This document shows positions 38,291 to 50,835 of a DNA stretch of 64,000 nt, one piece after another. A program made the position numbers and the translations under genes. Source of the stretch: Haliotis rufescens (Eukaryota). The notes beneath the pieces are model-generated. The model was given only the letters and a program-made list of their open reading frames with translations, had not been told where the DNA came from and made no database searches. Where the stretch lies: positions 3,720,001-3,784,000 of the forward strand of contig NW_025963835.1 in NCBI RefSeq assembly GCF_023055435.1, written 5' to 3'. Each line of letters opens with the position of its first letter. Position 1 is the first letter of the stretch.

Positions 38291-39426
38291 CATGGTGACA
38301 ATTCAACGTGTTCAGTAAATTCCTCTGAATGTTTACCCTCACATTTCTGAAATGACATGACCGGAGATTTGATGGTGAAACTTTGATTCAGAAGTTATAA
38401 GCAAAATGCGTTTTTACGTGATATTTGAATACAATGCCGTACATGCTCTAGAGTGCCAAAGAAAAATTCAAAATCGAAAGCACCTCTCTTCTCGCACAGC
38501 TTGAATTGCAATGCGCAGACCCAGACAAGAAACTGGCTATGGTTTCTGTGTTGTTTCCTTGTTTCTCTTGACCCTGGGCGAACTGGTCTACAACGTCCAC
38601 ATATATACTGAACAAAATATGTTAGGGATCATGAATATATTAGGAGTGAAGTCTGAGCACACAATTTCATAAAAATATCCCCAACATTTTCATGATGCCT
38701 TCCATTTTTTGTTTAGAGATTTACAGCGACGGTATTTTGCACCCGTGTCGTTAACCCGGACAATATTTAATCTGGACGATTTCACTAGGAACAGTGCCGT
38801 CTAGATTAACGAGGTTTCGGTGTATGATCATTATCCATGACAGTTAAACCCTACTTATCCGAACTTCTTTAATCTGGACACCCCATTTCTGGGTGATTAT
38901 TGACGAGAATGTCAGCATAAGAATAGATATTTCTTCCTTAATCCATCACTCGTTAACCCAGAACCATGCTGAGACGATACACCGCCCGGATTAACGAGTT
39001 TGTAATTGTTTATAGCCCTTTAAGGTGATTGAGTGAAACTTTCAATTGTTAAACCAATTTAGTTAATACGTGTTTCGTTATAAAGTGAGTTTTTATACAT
39101 AGTCATATGTCAATACTGAAACTGGGGCGTTTTAGGTATAGGCTTTGATAAAACACATTGCTTTTGACACAATAAGAAGAGTCGGATTGTAAATGGCAAA
39201 TAAAATATTCTCCATGTGCTTAAACAATGACACTGAATTGAATATCTTGATAAAAAATATAGACTCTGAAGAAAATATACAACATTTATTATATTAAAGA
39301 AAACGGCTATGCCTATAGAACTGGTCGATGACTTTGTTGATGTGTGAGTGAGGAGGTTAACGTCGCTTTGAAAAGTGATTCATCTATACCAAGGCATGTC
39401 ACTTTGATGATAGGAAAGTCATATGA

Positions 39427-39681
39427 TTTGTTTGTTTGTTTGTTGTTTAACGCCGCACTCAGCAATATTCCAGCTGTATGACGGCGGTCTGTAAATAATC
39501 GAGTCTGGACCATACAATCCAGTGATTGACATCATGAGCATCGATCCACGCAATTGGGATCGATGGCATGCATCAACCAGGTCAGCGAGCCTGACCACCC
39601 GGTCCCGTTAGTCGCCTTAGTACAAGCATAGTCGCCTTTTAGGTCAAGCATCGGTTGCTGAAGACCTATTCTGCCCCGGAT
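39427..39681 (-). mobile_element. Family B retroposon
   Basis: Consensus; TSD GAAAGTCAT. Confidence 0.9.
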
Positions 39682-39799
39682 GAAAGTCATTTAATGGTTA
39701 TCCCATTGCTGAATCCCTCGATCACGGACTTGTTACAATACTAGTTATTTTAATCGGGGCATTTATTTGATTTACTATTCAAATATTAAGTAAATTTTG

Positions 39800-40330
39800 A
39801 ATGTCAACATAGTGTTTAAAATTATTAAGTATGGAGTCGCAAAGATATCCATATGAATGTTATAAACTACTGAAAGATCTTGATGACAATGGTAAAAAGA
39901 ATTTGGTGTCCAATGTCTGATATTTATTATGTTCATGTGGTTATTTATGGGTGTGATAGTACTTGAATCATTGAAACAAAGGTTAAATACAATTATTTAT
40001 ATTTATAGTCAAAACTGGCATGGTAGATTTCTTCTACACGTTTCCTTAATCATTACAGTGATATTAAGTCTGCTATAGAGCCCCAAAAGTATATCAGTGT
40101 GTTAGAAGATAAATCGCTCATTAGAGCTCTATGTGAGTCCAGTCATTACACAATCTCAGACTTAGATGTTGAAATGAGTTTTTGTAGAAACTGTCAATTA
40201 GGGGAGATTGAGGATAAATTTCACGTTTTATTAGTTTGTGATAAGTATGAAAAAATGTATTCCGAAGTTAAACAGTATTCATTAAACCAAGATGTTAATG
40301 ATCAGTCTTATAAAATCCAACTACTCTAAT
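39800..40330 (+). pseudogene. Decayed non-LTR retrotransposon ORF2 C-terminus (RTEX/CR1-group-like)
   Basis: Fragmented translation KYPYECYKLLKDLD...LKQRL...QNW...EPQKYISV...CRNCQLGEIEDKFHVLLVC (CCHC-type terminal motif). Confidence 0.7.
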
Positions 40331-40354
40331 ATACGTTCACTGGTCATAGTGTTA

Positions 40355-40541
40355 AGACACTCAGACACAGTATACTGACTCCGAGCCGACCAGTCCTTGT
40401 TTTAGCCCCTTAATGCCGAGCGCCAGACAGGGTAACAACAAGTGCCATCTTTTAACGTCTTTTGGTATGACGCGGTCGGGGATCGAACCCCGGACCTTCC
40501 GCACTCCGGGCGGACGCTCTACCACTAGACCACGGAGGCGG
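40355..40541 (-). mobile_element. SINE family C 5' half, near consensus
   Basis: Head plus Meta-like domain. Confidence 0.88.
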
Positions 40542-41997
40542 AATGTTTGTATTAACACGATGGTATATGGTGTAGTGACGACAAGGATGAAGTCTAGGCA
40601 AGATCATGAAAGCCCAATGAACACATTTAACGCTACGTGAGTCTGTCGAAAGAACGTTGATTCAGCATGCACGGAGAGCCGAACATACCTGTGGAGTCAT
40701 AAAGAGACGACATTAAGCAAGTCTAGGAAAGAAAATATACACGAAAAGAGCAAGGCCGCGGAAAATGGGCCTCTCATTAAAACACGGGTGATACGACATG
40801 CATGCAACTCCTCACATTCCTGTGATGTCGTATGGAAACATGCACGCTGCAAACGATGCCTACAGGTCTACATCAAACAGAAAAAAACGAACGCCAAGCT
40901 GCACCAAAAAATGTAAATATGGTCAGCTATGCTCAATATGGCGATCCCTACACCCAAACACAAAGACGGTGTGGTTACAACCGCTCTTTATTTACTTATA
41001 TTGACTATAAGGTAGAACTCGACTGTGAAATATATATCGTTATATGTTGCGCACGTGCAGCATTAGACGCCGTACGGAGTTTGATCTCACAACCAGGCAT
41101 CAAAGCCGGATGGACTTGTGTGGTCTACAAAAACAAATATTCAGGATTGGGAACTTCCTTAGGATTCCCCCTCTTCCCGGAATATATTGCCAGATTGACA
41201 AGCCATAGACAGGACTAGTTTTGTGGGAAATACTCCCGAATAATAACACCCCACCGCATCTGTTCGGGTCTCTCAAACGGGCGGATATTCGAATATCAAG
41301 CATAGCTGTTTCGAATATGACATACCTCCATCGAACCACTTGTTTTTACCGTTAGTCTCTTTCACGATAAGCCGCACAGCCTTGTAAATCTGTCGTTCAG
41401 CTGGCGTTCGAAACTAATGGTGCGCGATGGTTTTTTATTTTGGTTGCAATCTCTTGATGAATCCCTCACGTGTCCCACAGCTGAATTGTCATGACTGGGA
41501 AATGGGTAAATAAAGACTGAATTCGTCCATGCGGGTCCGATTGTGACGACTATTAATTCTTACAGTCGTAAACACCCGTCCTGTGCTAGTTGTCACATTT
41601 ATCACGCCTGTGATAACGCCTAAGTAAATATGTAATCAATGTTTCTGCTTGGGATTTACTACTGCTGTGCACGTGAATCAACAAATCTATGTAATTATTA
41701 TAAGTCGTTAGGGAAACACTCCGCTTGTTGAATCACATGACCGGAAGTCGAGAAGCGTAACTGCACATGTCAGATCGCTAAACCACTTGCCGATTTCCCG
41801 TGAGTAGATTAGTCGTTGCAAGTGGATGGGTAATTACCGGAGTAATTAATCACAGTTGCATGGAGTTGTAGAAAAACGGAATTACAATGTTTAATACTGG
41901 TGTGAGCTGCCGTAGATCGCCGTGGGGAAAGTGCTGCGCCGGGATACACTGGTTCTGGGTTCGAACCCCTGATTCCCACCGATTGTTGTGGTCATGT

Positions 41998-42442
41998 GGC
42001 CTCAGACCACAGTTATCCCCCTAAGTTTTATCATGAACCGGAAGGAAAATAGGAGAATATAGTGCCCTGTTCAAATGGGCTGTTCAGCCTGTGCAAATTG
42101 TTTTGGAGTGACTTGTGATAGCTTAAATGAAAGATTAGACATTGTACTATGTTGCCATTTTCTTGTTAGCCACATGCTGTGAAGGAATTGATTCCAGCCT
42201 CCCATGACTTGACCCCCAAGTTGAAGGCCGCTCTGTGTGTTTCGGCTCGAAACTTCCGGTGAGCACTGTTGACAGTGGTTACCGCGAAAGGGAGCTGGTC
42301 AATGCAGGCCGAAACTTTGTGTATTAAGTGACAAGTGGCAGGTTGGTAAGCATGCAACAGGAGAACGGCCTACGACCGATACTAATTATGGTGGGCTGTC
42401 ACTGTAGATAGCAAAGAAGGAAATTAATTGTGGTCTGAGGCC
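41998..42442. mobile_element. Unclassified non-autonomous DNA transposon with 4-bp TSD
   Basis: TIR GGCCTCAGACCACA(G/A)TTA; ATGT at 41994-41997 and 42443-42446. Confidence 0.7.
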
Positions 42443-42499
42443 ATGTATGCAGCATACCTCGCCAATGGGGGAGACTGGACATCGGTGGTACATCCTATG

Positions 42500-42687
42500 G
42501 TCGAGTCCTCTCAAAAAGCATTAAAATAGTACTTGTTGTTATCCTGCCTGCCGCTCGGAATAAAATGGGGGTAAAAAAGGATTGGTTGGTTTCAAGTCAT
42601 ACGTGTGTTTGAGTGGGGTGTACAATCATGTATATGCATGTATGCTACTCTGCGGCAGGGTATCTCAGTGGGCTAGTACTACAAGCA
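42500..42687 (+). mobile_element. SINE family C, degenerate Meta-like body
   Basis: AGTACTTGTTGTTATCCTGCCTG...GTATCTCAGTGGGCTAG. Confidence 0.65.
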
Positions 42688-42922
42688 ACCCGTGAAGACT
42701 CGGGGTAGGATAGGTCTTCAGCAACCCATGCTTGTTGTAGTAGGCGACTAACAGGATCGGGTGGTCAGCCTCGCTGACTTGGTTGATGCATGTCATCGTA
42801 TCCCAATTGCGTGGAACGATGCCCATAAATCCCTGGACTGTGTGGACTCGATTATTTACGGACCGCCATCATACAACTGGAATATTGCTGAGTGCGGCGT
42901 TGAACAAGAAACAATAAAAACA
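42688..42922 (+). mobile_element. Family B retroposon
   Basis: Starts CCCGTGAAGAC; full consensus. Confidence 0.88.
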
Positions 42923-43088
42923 AGTACAACAACCCACATCGGTCTAACGCTTAGTATCTGAAAAATATACTTTTGCTATAAACAAGCTACAATATTTAAA
43001 CTGACATGGAGCCCCAGTGAGATGGGAGATTCAGAAACTGTATGTACAGAAACTGTTATAAAACAAACCGTGTATGCTCAAACATGGA

Positions 43089-43257
43089 TACTGAAACCCC
43101 GTTAATCCAGACACCCAACATTTCGGACGATGTTGCTCGGAATGTATCTAAATAATTACAGAAATATTAGTATGCATCCATAATTCACAAAACCGGAAAT
43201 TATTCAACTCGAAATAAAACCGGGAACGGCATCACCCTGATTAACTAGGTTCACTGA
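43089..43257. mobile_element. Old Tc1/pogo-like MITE (related remnants near 15.0, 28.2, 38.7-39.0, 51.6 and 52.3 kb)
   Basis: Recurrent CCCCGTTAATCCRGAC / CGGATTAACGAGGTTTC ends. Confidence 0.45.
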
Positions 43258-44005
43258 AGGTATTTAAATTTTAACGGTTTTTCTCAACTGAAAATCTTTA
43301 CCGTTAAACACCAATTGTTGATACAAGCTCCGCCAAACTGCTGCTCGGTGAGGCAGCGTATAATACCAATATTTTTTGTTGTGTTTCTAAACTGAACCAT
43401 CTTCTATTTTAAGATACAGGGAATGAGTTTCTTACGTCAAATCAATGTCTTTATAGCCTAACGATCAACCTCACTTGAGCCTGTTACTCATGCTTCGTGT
43501 GTATCTCTTAAACGATGAAGGAGAATTCGATACTACTGACTGACAACTGCTTCAACCTTTCCTTACAGAAATGATATATATTTCAATATCACTGTGATTA
43601 GACTGTGGAACAAACAGGAGGCACCTTATAAAGACATTAATATAGATAATTAAACGTAGATTGTTCCTATCCTGTAAGTAAAACGCAGATCTGATCTCTG
43701 GTGAAGTTCGATGAAGCACATCACTGCAAAACGCAATGGGACAAAAGTGCGTGCAGCAAAAGTCAGAGAGTTTCTAATGGACTCATTGGGTCTTTTGGAG
43801 GGTTTTGTGGTAGACAGGTGGAGGAAATTTCGCATCAGAGGCGAATGAGAGATAAAAAATTATGTCTGATGCAATTCCACATTTTGACTTATTCCATATG
43901 TACCGTGGTTTACTTTCTGGTGTTCAATAAATATTGACTTGCCTTTGCATGTGTTTGTGACGGGTGCCACGGGACAGGACACTCTCACCTTTTCGCGAAC
44001 ACCTG

Positions 44006-44112
44006 GGCCCACTTGCACAAAGCGATCTTAGCGCTAAGGCTATCGTAAGTCTATGTTAAAGTATGGGAGTTACGATTACCTTAGCGCTAAGATCGCTTTG
44101 TACAAGTGGGCC
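44006..44112. mobile_element. 107-bp palindromic MITE, PIF/Harbinger-like (CTG TSD)
   Basis: About 31-bp TIR GGCCCACTTG(C/T)ACAAAGCGATCTTAGCGCTAAGG; CTG on both sides; empty paralogous site at 12832-12876. Confidence 0.85.
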
Positions 44113-44394
44113 CTGGTGTCATCACTATTTGGTAGTGCTTCCTAAACACTTGATTATGATACAGTCGGAATCGTTCAATTCCTCCAAATAAATTCCTGTT
44201 TCTGTCCGTAAGATGAAAGTGGCTTTCAATATGAAACTGACAAAACATGAAAAAATTGCTTAAAAAACCCATCATGTTTATCTTCTAAAGATAATGTATT
44301 TTTATACCCCTGTTCCTCAATCTGTTAAATGACTCTCTTGATTCTCTATAATGTGTGACCGCTTTCGTGGTGTAGTAGATAAAGTAAAAATGAT

Positions 44395-44657
44395 TGAGTG
44401 TTGAGTTGGGTTTATCGCTGCTTGCTTTGAACAGTATTCCAGTTACATCAGGACGTGTCAGTTTGATATAGGAGGAAGTGATGCAGGTCTGAGACGTTTA
44501 CCACTTCGGTGAAACCCAAGAGCACGGTTATGGTGCTGAAAGACCTAGAAACATAATCGGAGCGAACCGGGATTCGAACCACTATATGTGATTTCTGGCG
44601 TGCCCAAGGGACGCAACTCCGCACAGCGAATTGCGGCTTCTTAGACGACTGGGCTAC
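44395..44657 (-). mobile_element. SINE family D (a second 3' fragment at about 44712-44838)
   Basis: Reverse complement of D. Confidence 0.85.
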
Positions 44658-45456
44658 TTTTGTCCCACAGAAGAAACAAAAGGTGGTGTAGGGATTAACT
44701 CCTCTCTTAGTAAGTTTGTTTTTTAACGCCGCTTTCAACAGGATTTCGGTTACATCACGTGTCAGCCTAATGAGGGATAAGAGCCTGAAGTGATGCGGGT
44801 TATAGACGTTAACAACTTCGAAGAAATCCATGCGCACGAATATAGTGATCTTACTCTACATTAAACTGCTTTAAATACATGAAACATTTATAAACATTGA
44901 CTGATAGCCCCGATTTGTATACAAAAGCCCAAATGATTTCCAACCTGTTTTAGGAAGGAAATAGAAACGTGTAGCTTTAGGTCAAGGTCGTATTGACTCC
45001 CGATGACGTGAACGTCACTCAAACGTCGAAAATCCAACTGAAGTGTCATGTAATACTGCTTGGGTGCCGATCTCTCAAGCAACTCAAATTGAAGATCAGT
45101 GTACAAACGCTTCTGTGAAAAAGACGGGATTGAATTGAAAAAGCTGATTCTCATTTTTTATTTGTTGCAGAGCGGCACATTTCATATTTGAGTGTGTCAT
45201 GTACGCTAGGTTGTAAAAGGGTATTAAGTTGTTGAGATGAGAGTGGCAGCCACTTGTGATGATGACATATTTCATTTCCAGATCATATTCGGTGAATTGA
45301 ATAAAAAGTTTAAAGTGATATTTTGAAACTGGTCTTTGTTGAAACCTCACTGCCGACTGTTAATGCTATATGTGTTTCGAATCGTCTTCGCTTAAAGAAC
45401 AGTACAAAAACTGCAATCGCATTCCAATTTCTGCATATCGTTAAAACATATATACG

Positions 45457-45683
45457 TGTTTGTATGTTGTTTGACGCCGCACTCAGTAGTATTCCAGCTG
45501 TATGACAGCGGTCTGTAAAGAATTGAGCCGGGACCACACAATCCAGTGATTGACATCATGACCATCGATCTACGCAATTGGGATACGATGACATGCATCA
45601 ACCAAGTCCGCAATCCTGATCACCCGATCCCGTTAGTCGCCTAAGCAGGGATGCTGAAGATCAAATATAACCTCGTCACGGGT
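45457..45683 (-). mobile_element. Family B retroposon
   Basis: Consensus match with head deletions. Confidence 0.85.
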
Positions 45684-45779
45684 TACATGTAACAGGACCG
45701 TAAGGACCGATAATATTCTATCCTGATGTTCTTTAGGCTTGCAAGAAACGTGTGATTGTGGCTTAGATTATATTTCTTG

Positions 45780-45922
45780 GTACGCCAAACCTTGCACCAT
45801 TCCCGTGTGGGTTTCATCAAAAGTGTTAAACGTCTAAGACTCGTATCATTTAGGGTTTTCCTCCCATTGCACATCAAGCTGACACGCCGTGAAAATATCA
45901 AATACTGATCATAGCGGCGTTA
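45780..45922 (+). mobile_element. SINE family D 3' part
   Basis: GGGTTTCA...AAGCTGACACGCCGTGA...GCGGCGTTA. Confidence 0.7.
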
Positions 45923-45959
45923 GCAGTCGTAAGGCTAAGATTGATTTGAAGAACATTGG

Positions 45960-46135
45960 TAATCTGCCATACAGACCAAGACACAAATATACCCAATATG
46001 GCCCATGCAAGTCTATAGTCTATGGCAAGTCTAGATTACTGCTGAATCTGAACATTAAGAGTCTCTGAGACTTCTAGACGTAACTATAATTTTTATCTTT
46101 AAATATTTTCATTTCAGAGACTAGCTGTTGTTCTA
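45960..46135. mobile_element. Family F copy
   Basis: GCCCATGCAAGTCTA...GGCAAGTCTAGATTACTGC...TTCAGAGACTAG shared with 37.3 and 57.1 kb. Confidence 0.65.
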
Positions 46136-46491
46136 AAGCCTCGGCAGAAACTTTTTTGTAAAATGATATCTGTTTATTGCCGTTTCATGAAACTCTAATT
46201 CAACGCGTATGGTGTGTGCAGGTGGATAGACACAAACAATCGCAGGAACCGGTCCAGACAGGAGGGCACATCGGGGGAGAAACAGAGGACATCAGCTGAT
46301 CACGAACCTTATTAACCCGGGCGAATTCATTATTGAAGGTTTCGGCAAGAATATCTGGGTTTCAGTGTATTTCACAGTGTTAGCAGGTTACAGTATTAGT
46401 TTTGTATCATTTACACAAAAACACTTTTTATTCACCAAGACACCCGCACGCGAGCACTTACACACCCCCGCTCACTCACCCCCATCCCCCT

Positions 46492-47880
46492 CCACACACA
46501 CACCCGCGCACTTCCAGACGCAGACGCACACGTACCCACACCGGCGCACTCCCACACACACACACCCGCGCACTTCCAGACGCAGACGCACACGTACCCA
46601 CACCGGCGCACTCCCCCATACACACACCCGCGCACTTCCAGACGCAGACGCACACGTACCCACACCGGCGCACTCCCACACACACACACCCGCGCACTTC
46701 CAGACGCACACGTACCCACACCGGCGCACTCCCACACACACACACCCGCGCACTTCCAGACGCAGACGCACACGTACCCACACCGGCGCACTCCCACACA
46801 CACACACCCGCGCACTTCCAGACGCAGACGCACACGTACCCACACCGGCGCACTCCCACACACACACACACGCGCACTTCCAGACGCAGACGCACACGTA
46901 CCCACACCGGCGCACTCCCACACACACACACCCGCGCACTTCCAGACGCACACGTACCCACACCGGCGCACTCCCCCACACACACACCCGCGCACTTCCA
47001 GACGCAGACGCACACGTACCCACACCGGCGCACTCACCCCCACACACACCCGCGCACTTCCAGACGCAGACGCACACGTTACCACACCGGCGCACTCCCA
47101 CACACACACACCCGCGCTCTTCCAGACGCAGACGCACACGTACCTACACCGGCGCCCTCCCACAAACACACACCCGCGCACTTCCAGACGCAGACGCACA
47201 CGTACCCACACCGGCGCACTCCCACACACACACACCCGCGCTCTTCCAGACGCAGACGCACACGTACCCACACCGGCGCACTCCCACACACACACACCCG
47301 CGCACTTCCAGACGCAGACGCACACGTACCCACACCGGCGCACTCCCCCCCAAACACACCCGCGCACTTCCAGACGCAGACGCACACGTTACCACACCGG
47401 CGCACTCCCACACACACACACCCGCGCTCTTCCAGACGCAGACGCACACGTACCCACACCGGCGCACTCCCACACACACACACCCGCGCACTTCCAGACG
47501 CAGACGCACACGTACCCACACCGGCGCACTCCCCCACACACACACCCGCGCTCTTCCAGACGCAGACGCACACGTACCCACACCGGCGCACTCCCCCACA
47601 CACACACCCGCGCACTTCCAGACGCAGACGCACACGTACCCACACCGGCGCACTCCCACACACACACACCCGCGCACTTCCAGACGCAGACGCACACGTA
47701 CCCACACCGGCGCACTCCCACACACACACACCCGCGCACTTCCAGACGCAGACGCACACGTACCCACACCGGCGCACTCCCACACACACACACCCGCGCA
47801 CTTCCAGACGCAGACGCACACGTACCCACACCCGCGCACTCCCACACACACACACCCGCGCACTCCCACACAAACACACA
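46492..47880. repeat. 62-bp CA-rich minisatellite, about 22 units (some 56-bp variants)
   Basis: Unit CACCCGCGCACTTCCAGACGCAGACGCACACGTACCCACACCGGCGCACTCCCACACACACA. Confidence 0.95.
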
Positions 47881-48964
47881 TACACACACACTCCCATACC
47901 CACATTGTGGGTAGAACATCCCCATCCCCGCATCCCGCACCTCCCACCCCCCAATACCCCACTGAACTTACAAATGGCCCAAGTGGAAACCTCCCTTTTT
48001 AAAAATCCTCGACCCGCCCCTGGAGTACTTGGATGAAGCATCTATCTGCAAATGCTAACCTTCCCCTCCCGTTCCCTTCGCCTGATTCTGTTACGTGTCC
48101 CGCTGCATGTGGACATGCAGCGACCTCGCCTTCCATTCTATATTAATATCACTTCCAGCTTTGTTTGAATTATTATATGTGTATTTGCATATCATTTCTT
48201 TGCGTGTTTACATATCTATATGCCAAGGTCGTAAATTGCTCGCTCATAACCACAGTCACAAGCATTCAGTTATGCCCAAATATTCCAAATATTGACATAT
48301 TCCCATCCCCATCTGATATAACACAACTCGCTGCGTGGTATTCTGGTCACGTCAGCTTAAAAGCCGCCGGGGAAAGACAGGCACAAACATTCGCCAGGGG
48401 CCCGGTGTAGATGTCAGATGATATAACAAGTCGTCACCTTACCAGCATGAAGTAATCTCCGAAGCCGGGTCAGCATTCAGAACATCCTTTTGCCATTTGG
48501 CGGTCTATTAGCGCCAGATCTTCACGAAACACGACACAGACGGGTTGGTTCGACACAATTGTAGTCAGATGTAGACCAGTGACCATAATTATCGGGACAA
48601 AACATCCCCCTTCCCGCTACAACTCGCCAGTAATTGCGCGGCCATTTAAATTACTTTTGTAGATTAACGCCATACCTAATTCGACGTTGGCGTGTGAAGC
48701 GGCTAGTAAATGCTACTTGCTTACGACTGGCGCTCTTAGAAAGTGGATGTATAAGTCTGGTTTGGTCGAATTGCCAAGAAGCATACGGTACTTAGAACAA
48801 GTCATTTTATATCGTCAGGGGCCCTCTGATGGTTCCTACTCTTATAATGTTGATGTTGGGTGTTTCAGGTTCTGAGAAACTTTCTCCATTCGGCTTGATT
48901 TGTCTTCTTGCATATTATGCTGGGCGGGCGCATTGATTTTTTTCCAAATACAACCATCTCGTGT

Positions 48965-49160
48965 TGCAATGTTCAAATGTTCATTTGGGCAGGATTGGCA
49001 TTCCTCTCTATTTAATTACCCCCAAACAAGGAATTAAACTTTTTTTTGGGTGCATTCAGAACAGAATTGTATTTATAGAATATTACACTTTCAAAATTCC
49101 ATTGCTTGTTACAATTTCGCTGTAGTTCTCATCGACTGAAGACAGAGATCGGTATACATA
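48965..49160 (+). pseudogene. Second decayed LINE ORF2 C-terminal fragment
   Basis: ...QDW...QFRCSSHRLKTEIG motif typical of the same LINE region. Confidence 0.55.
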
Positions 49161-49204
49161 GTATGATTATGTTTGTTGTTTTTGTTGACCGCTGCACCCT
49201 TAGT

Positions 49205-49392
49205 CGTGCCAAAATCCGATCATGGGTTCGAATCCCGATCGTGATTCTTGGTTTGTCAGCACCATGTCCGTGCTCATTGGTTTCATCAAAATCTTATACT
49301 TACATGACATCCGGGATTCCCTCCCTCATGAAGCTGACACGTGGTGACTCGCTGTTCAAAGTAGGGTTAAACTCAACTCACTCACTCACTCA
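49205..49392 (+). mobile_element. SINE family D, 5'-truncated
   Basis: B box, GGTTTGTCAGCACCAT body, ACTC tail. Confidence 0.75.
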
Positions 49393-49437
49393 CCCTTGCA
49401 TGTATGCAAAGTCAAGGATACTTCTATTGTTTTCAAG

Positions 49438-49562
49438 GGGGTGGTAGGGTTGCCTCTCTCGTAGGCTTCGACTCCCAACATGGGAACAACGTGTGAAGCT
49501 ATTGTTCGCCGCCGTGATATTGCTGGAATATTATTGAAAGCGGCGTGAAACTCAACTAACTT
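49438..49562 (+). mobile_element. SINE family A, degenerate
   Basis: Head remnant plus shared tail. Confidence 0.7.
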
Positions 49563-50691
49563 ACTGTCAATTTTTGTACATACGATGAGAATGACTTTAT
49601 ATTGAGTGAATATCCACTTAATAACCACATTGTTCCCGAAATTGTATTCCATTTGTGAAAACCATTGACTTAAGGCATGCTTTTAGAAAAACGCTAAAAC
49701 CTCTGTTCAAAATCAATCAAAGATTGAGAACGTACGACGCAAAACACAATTTCAACAAAGCTGAAAACAGAATCAATTCGGTAGATGAAAAATACAAGTT
49801 TCCTCGAATGTCAAAATTACCTCGTCTATGTTACCAAAAAAATCAAACCACACAATCTTGACGAAAAACATATTCTAAATGGAGCGTCTTATTCAGCGAT
49901 CAAGTTACTCATTTCATCGAGTTTAAAACGTTATACGGTAATATTTGTATCAATATTTGCCTTGATCGAACACATCGGTGGAACTCAGCACAGCAAAACG
50001 AAATCCTTTTCCGCTTTTTCTCAACATCCTTCAGACCGGGATTTGGACAATTTTGGAGCCTACTCGTGTACGACTGAAAAACTAGCGTATTTAACTTGAT
50101 AACAATTTAATGGTGAGATGGTCTTTGAAGTAAACCATGTAAACCCTAACTAGCAACGACATCGATTCCTCCGTGGACGACAGCGTCATCTTTCATCGAC
50201 ATATCAAATACTCCGCGCTTTTGCTTCCTCAACGGCCGGTGGGGATGAAAGAAGCCCTTAGCACATTTATATCGTTGAAGACGTGGTAGAAAGGCTAAGT
50301 TTGTTTTAGTTCTCGGTATGATCTTTATGATGGCCCCATGTTTCATCATTTATTTAGCTTGATCGGATCAATGTCAGATAGCTCGCTTCAAACAAACTCA
50401 GCATGTCCACGAGGTTGCATCATATGGTCCTGGCTCGACTGGGACACCGTCTAGTGATGACTTCATTCTGTTTGTCTGGATTTGTGGCCGAGGAATGGCG
50501 TTTGTCTGTAAGTTATGATACACCTCTGCCGGAATCTTGAAATGTAAAGGGTAGGCGGTGTGGCGAATTGAATTGTACGACGCAGTTGCAGGATGGTCGT
50601 TATGTAATGCTTCGTGGTCTGTACATGGTGTGGGTTTCGGAGAACCAGTCTGGGATTCGAACACACTATCATAGTTATCCAATTGTTGAAA

Positions 50692-50835
50692 AGAGTGAGT
50701 ATCATTTTACGCCGCTTGTAGCAATCACGGCGGAGGAAGCTGACAATGGGCTCCACACGTTGTATCCATGTAGGGAATCGAACCCGGGCCTTCGTCTTGA
50801 CGAGCGAATGCTTTAACCTCTAGGCTACTCCACCA
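50692..50835 (-). mobile_element. SINE family A
   Basis: Reverse complement of A. Confidence 0.8.

Noticed and set aside
42688-42760. HDV-like, twister or hammerhead assignment of the family B head
   Set aside because: The CUAA junction and GGU/ACC mini-stem resemble HDV, but P1, P1.1 and P2 order fail; no CUGANGA/GAAA; twister loop motifs absent
46365-48041. Multiple 200-545-aa His/Thr/Cys/Val-rich ORFs
   Set aside because: CA-rich 62-bp repeat lacking stops in all frames; unit not a multiple of 3
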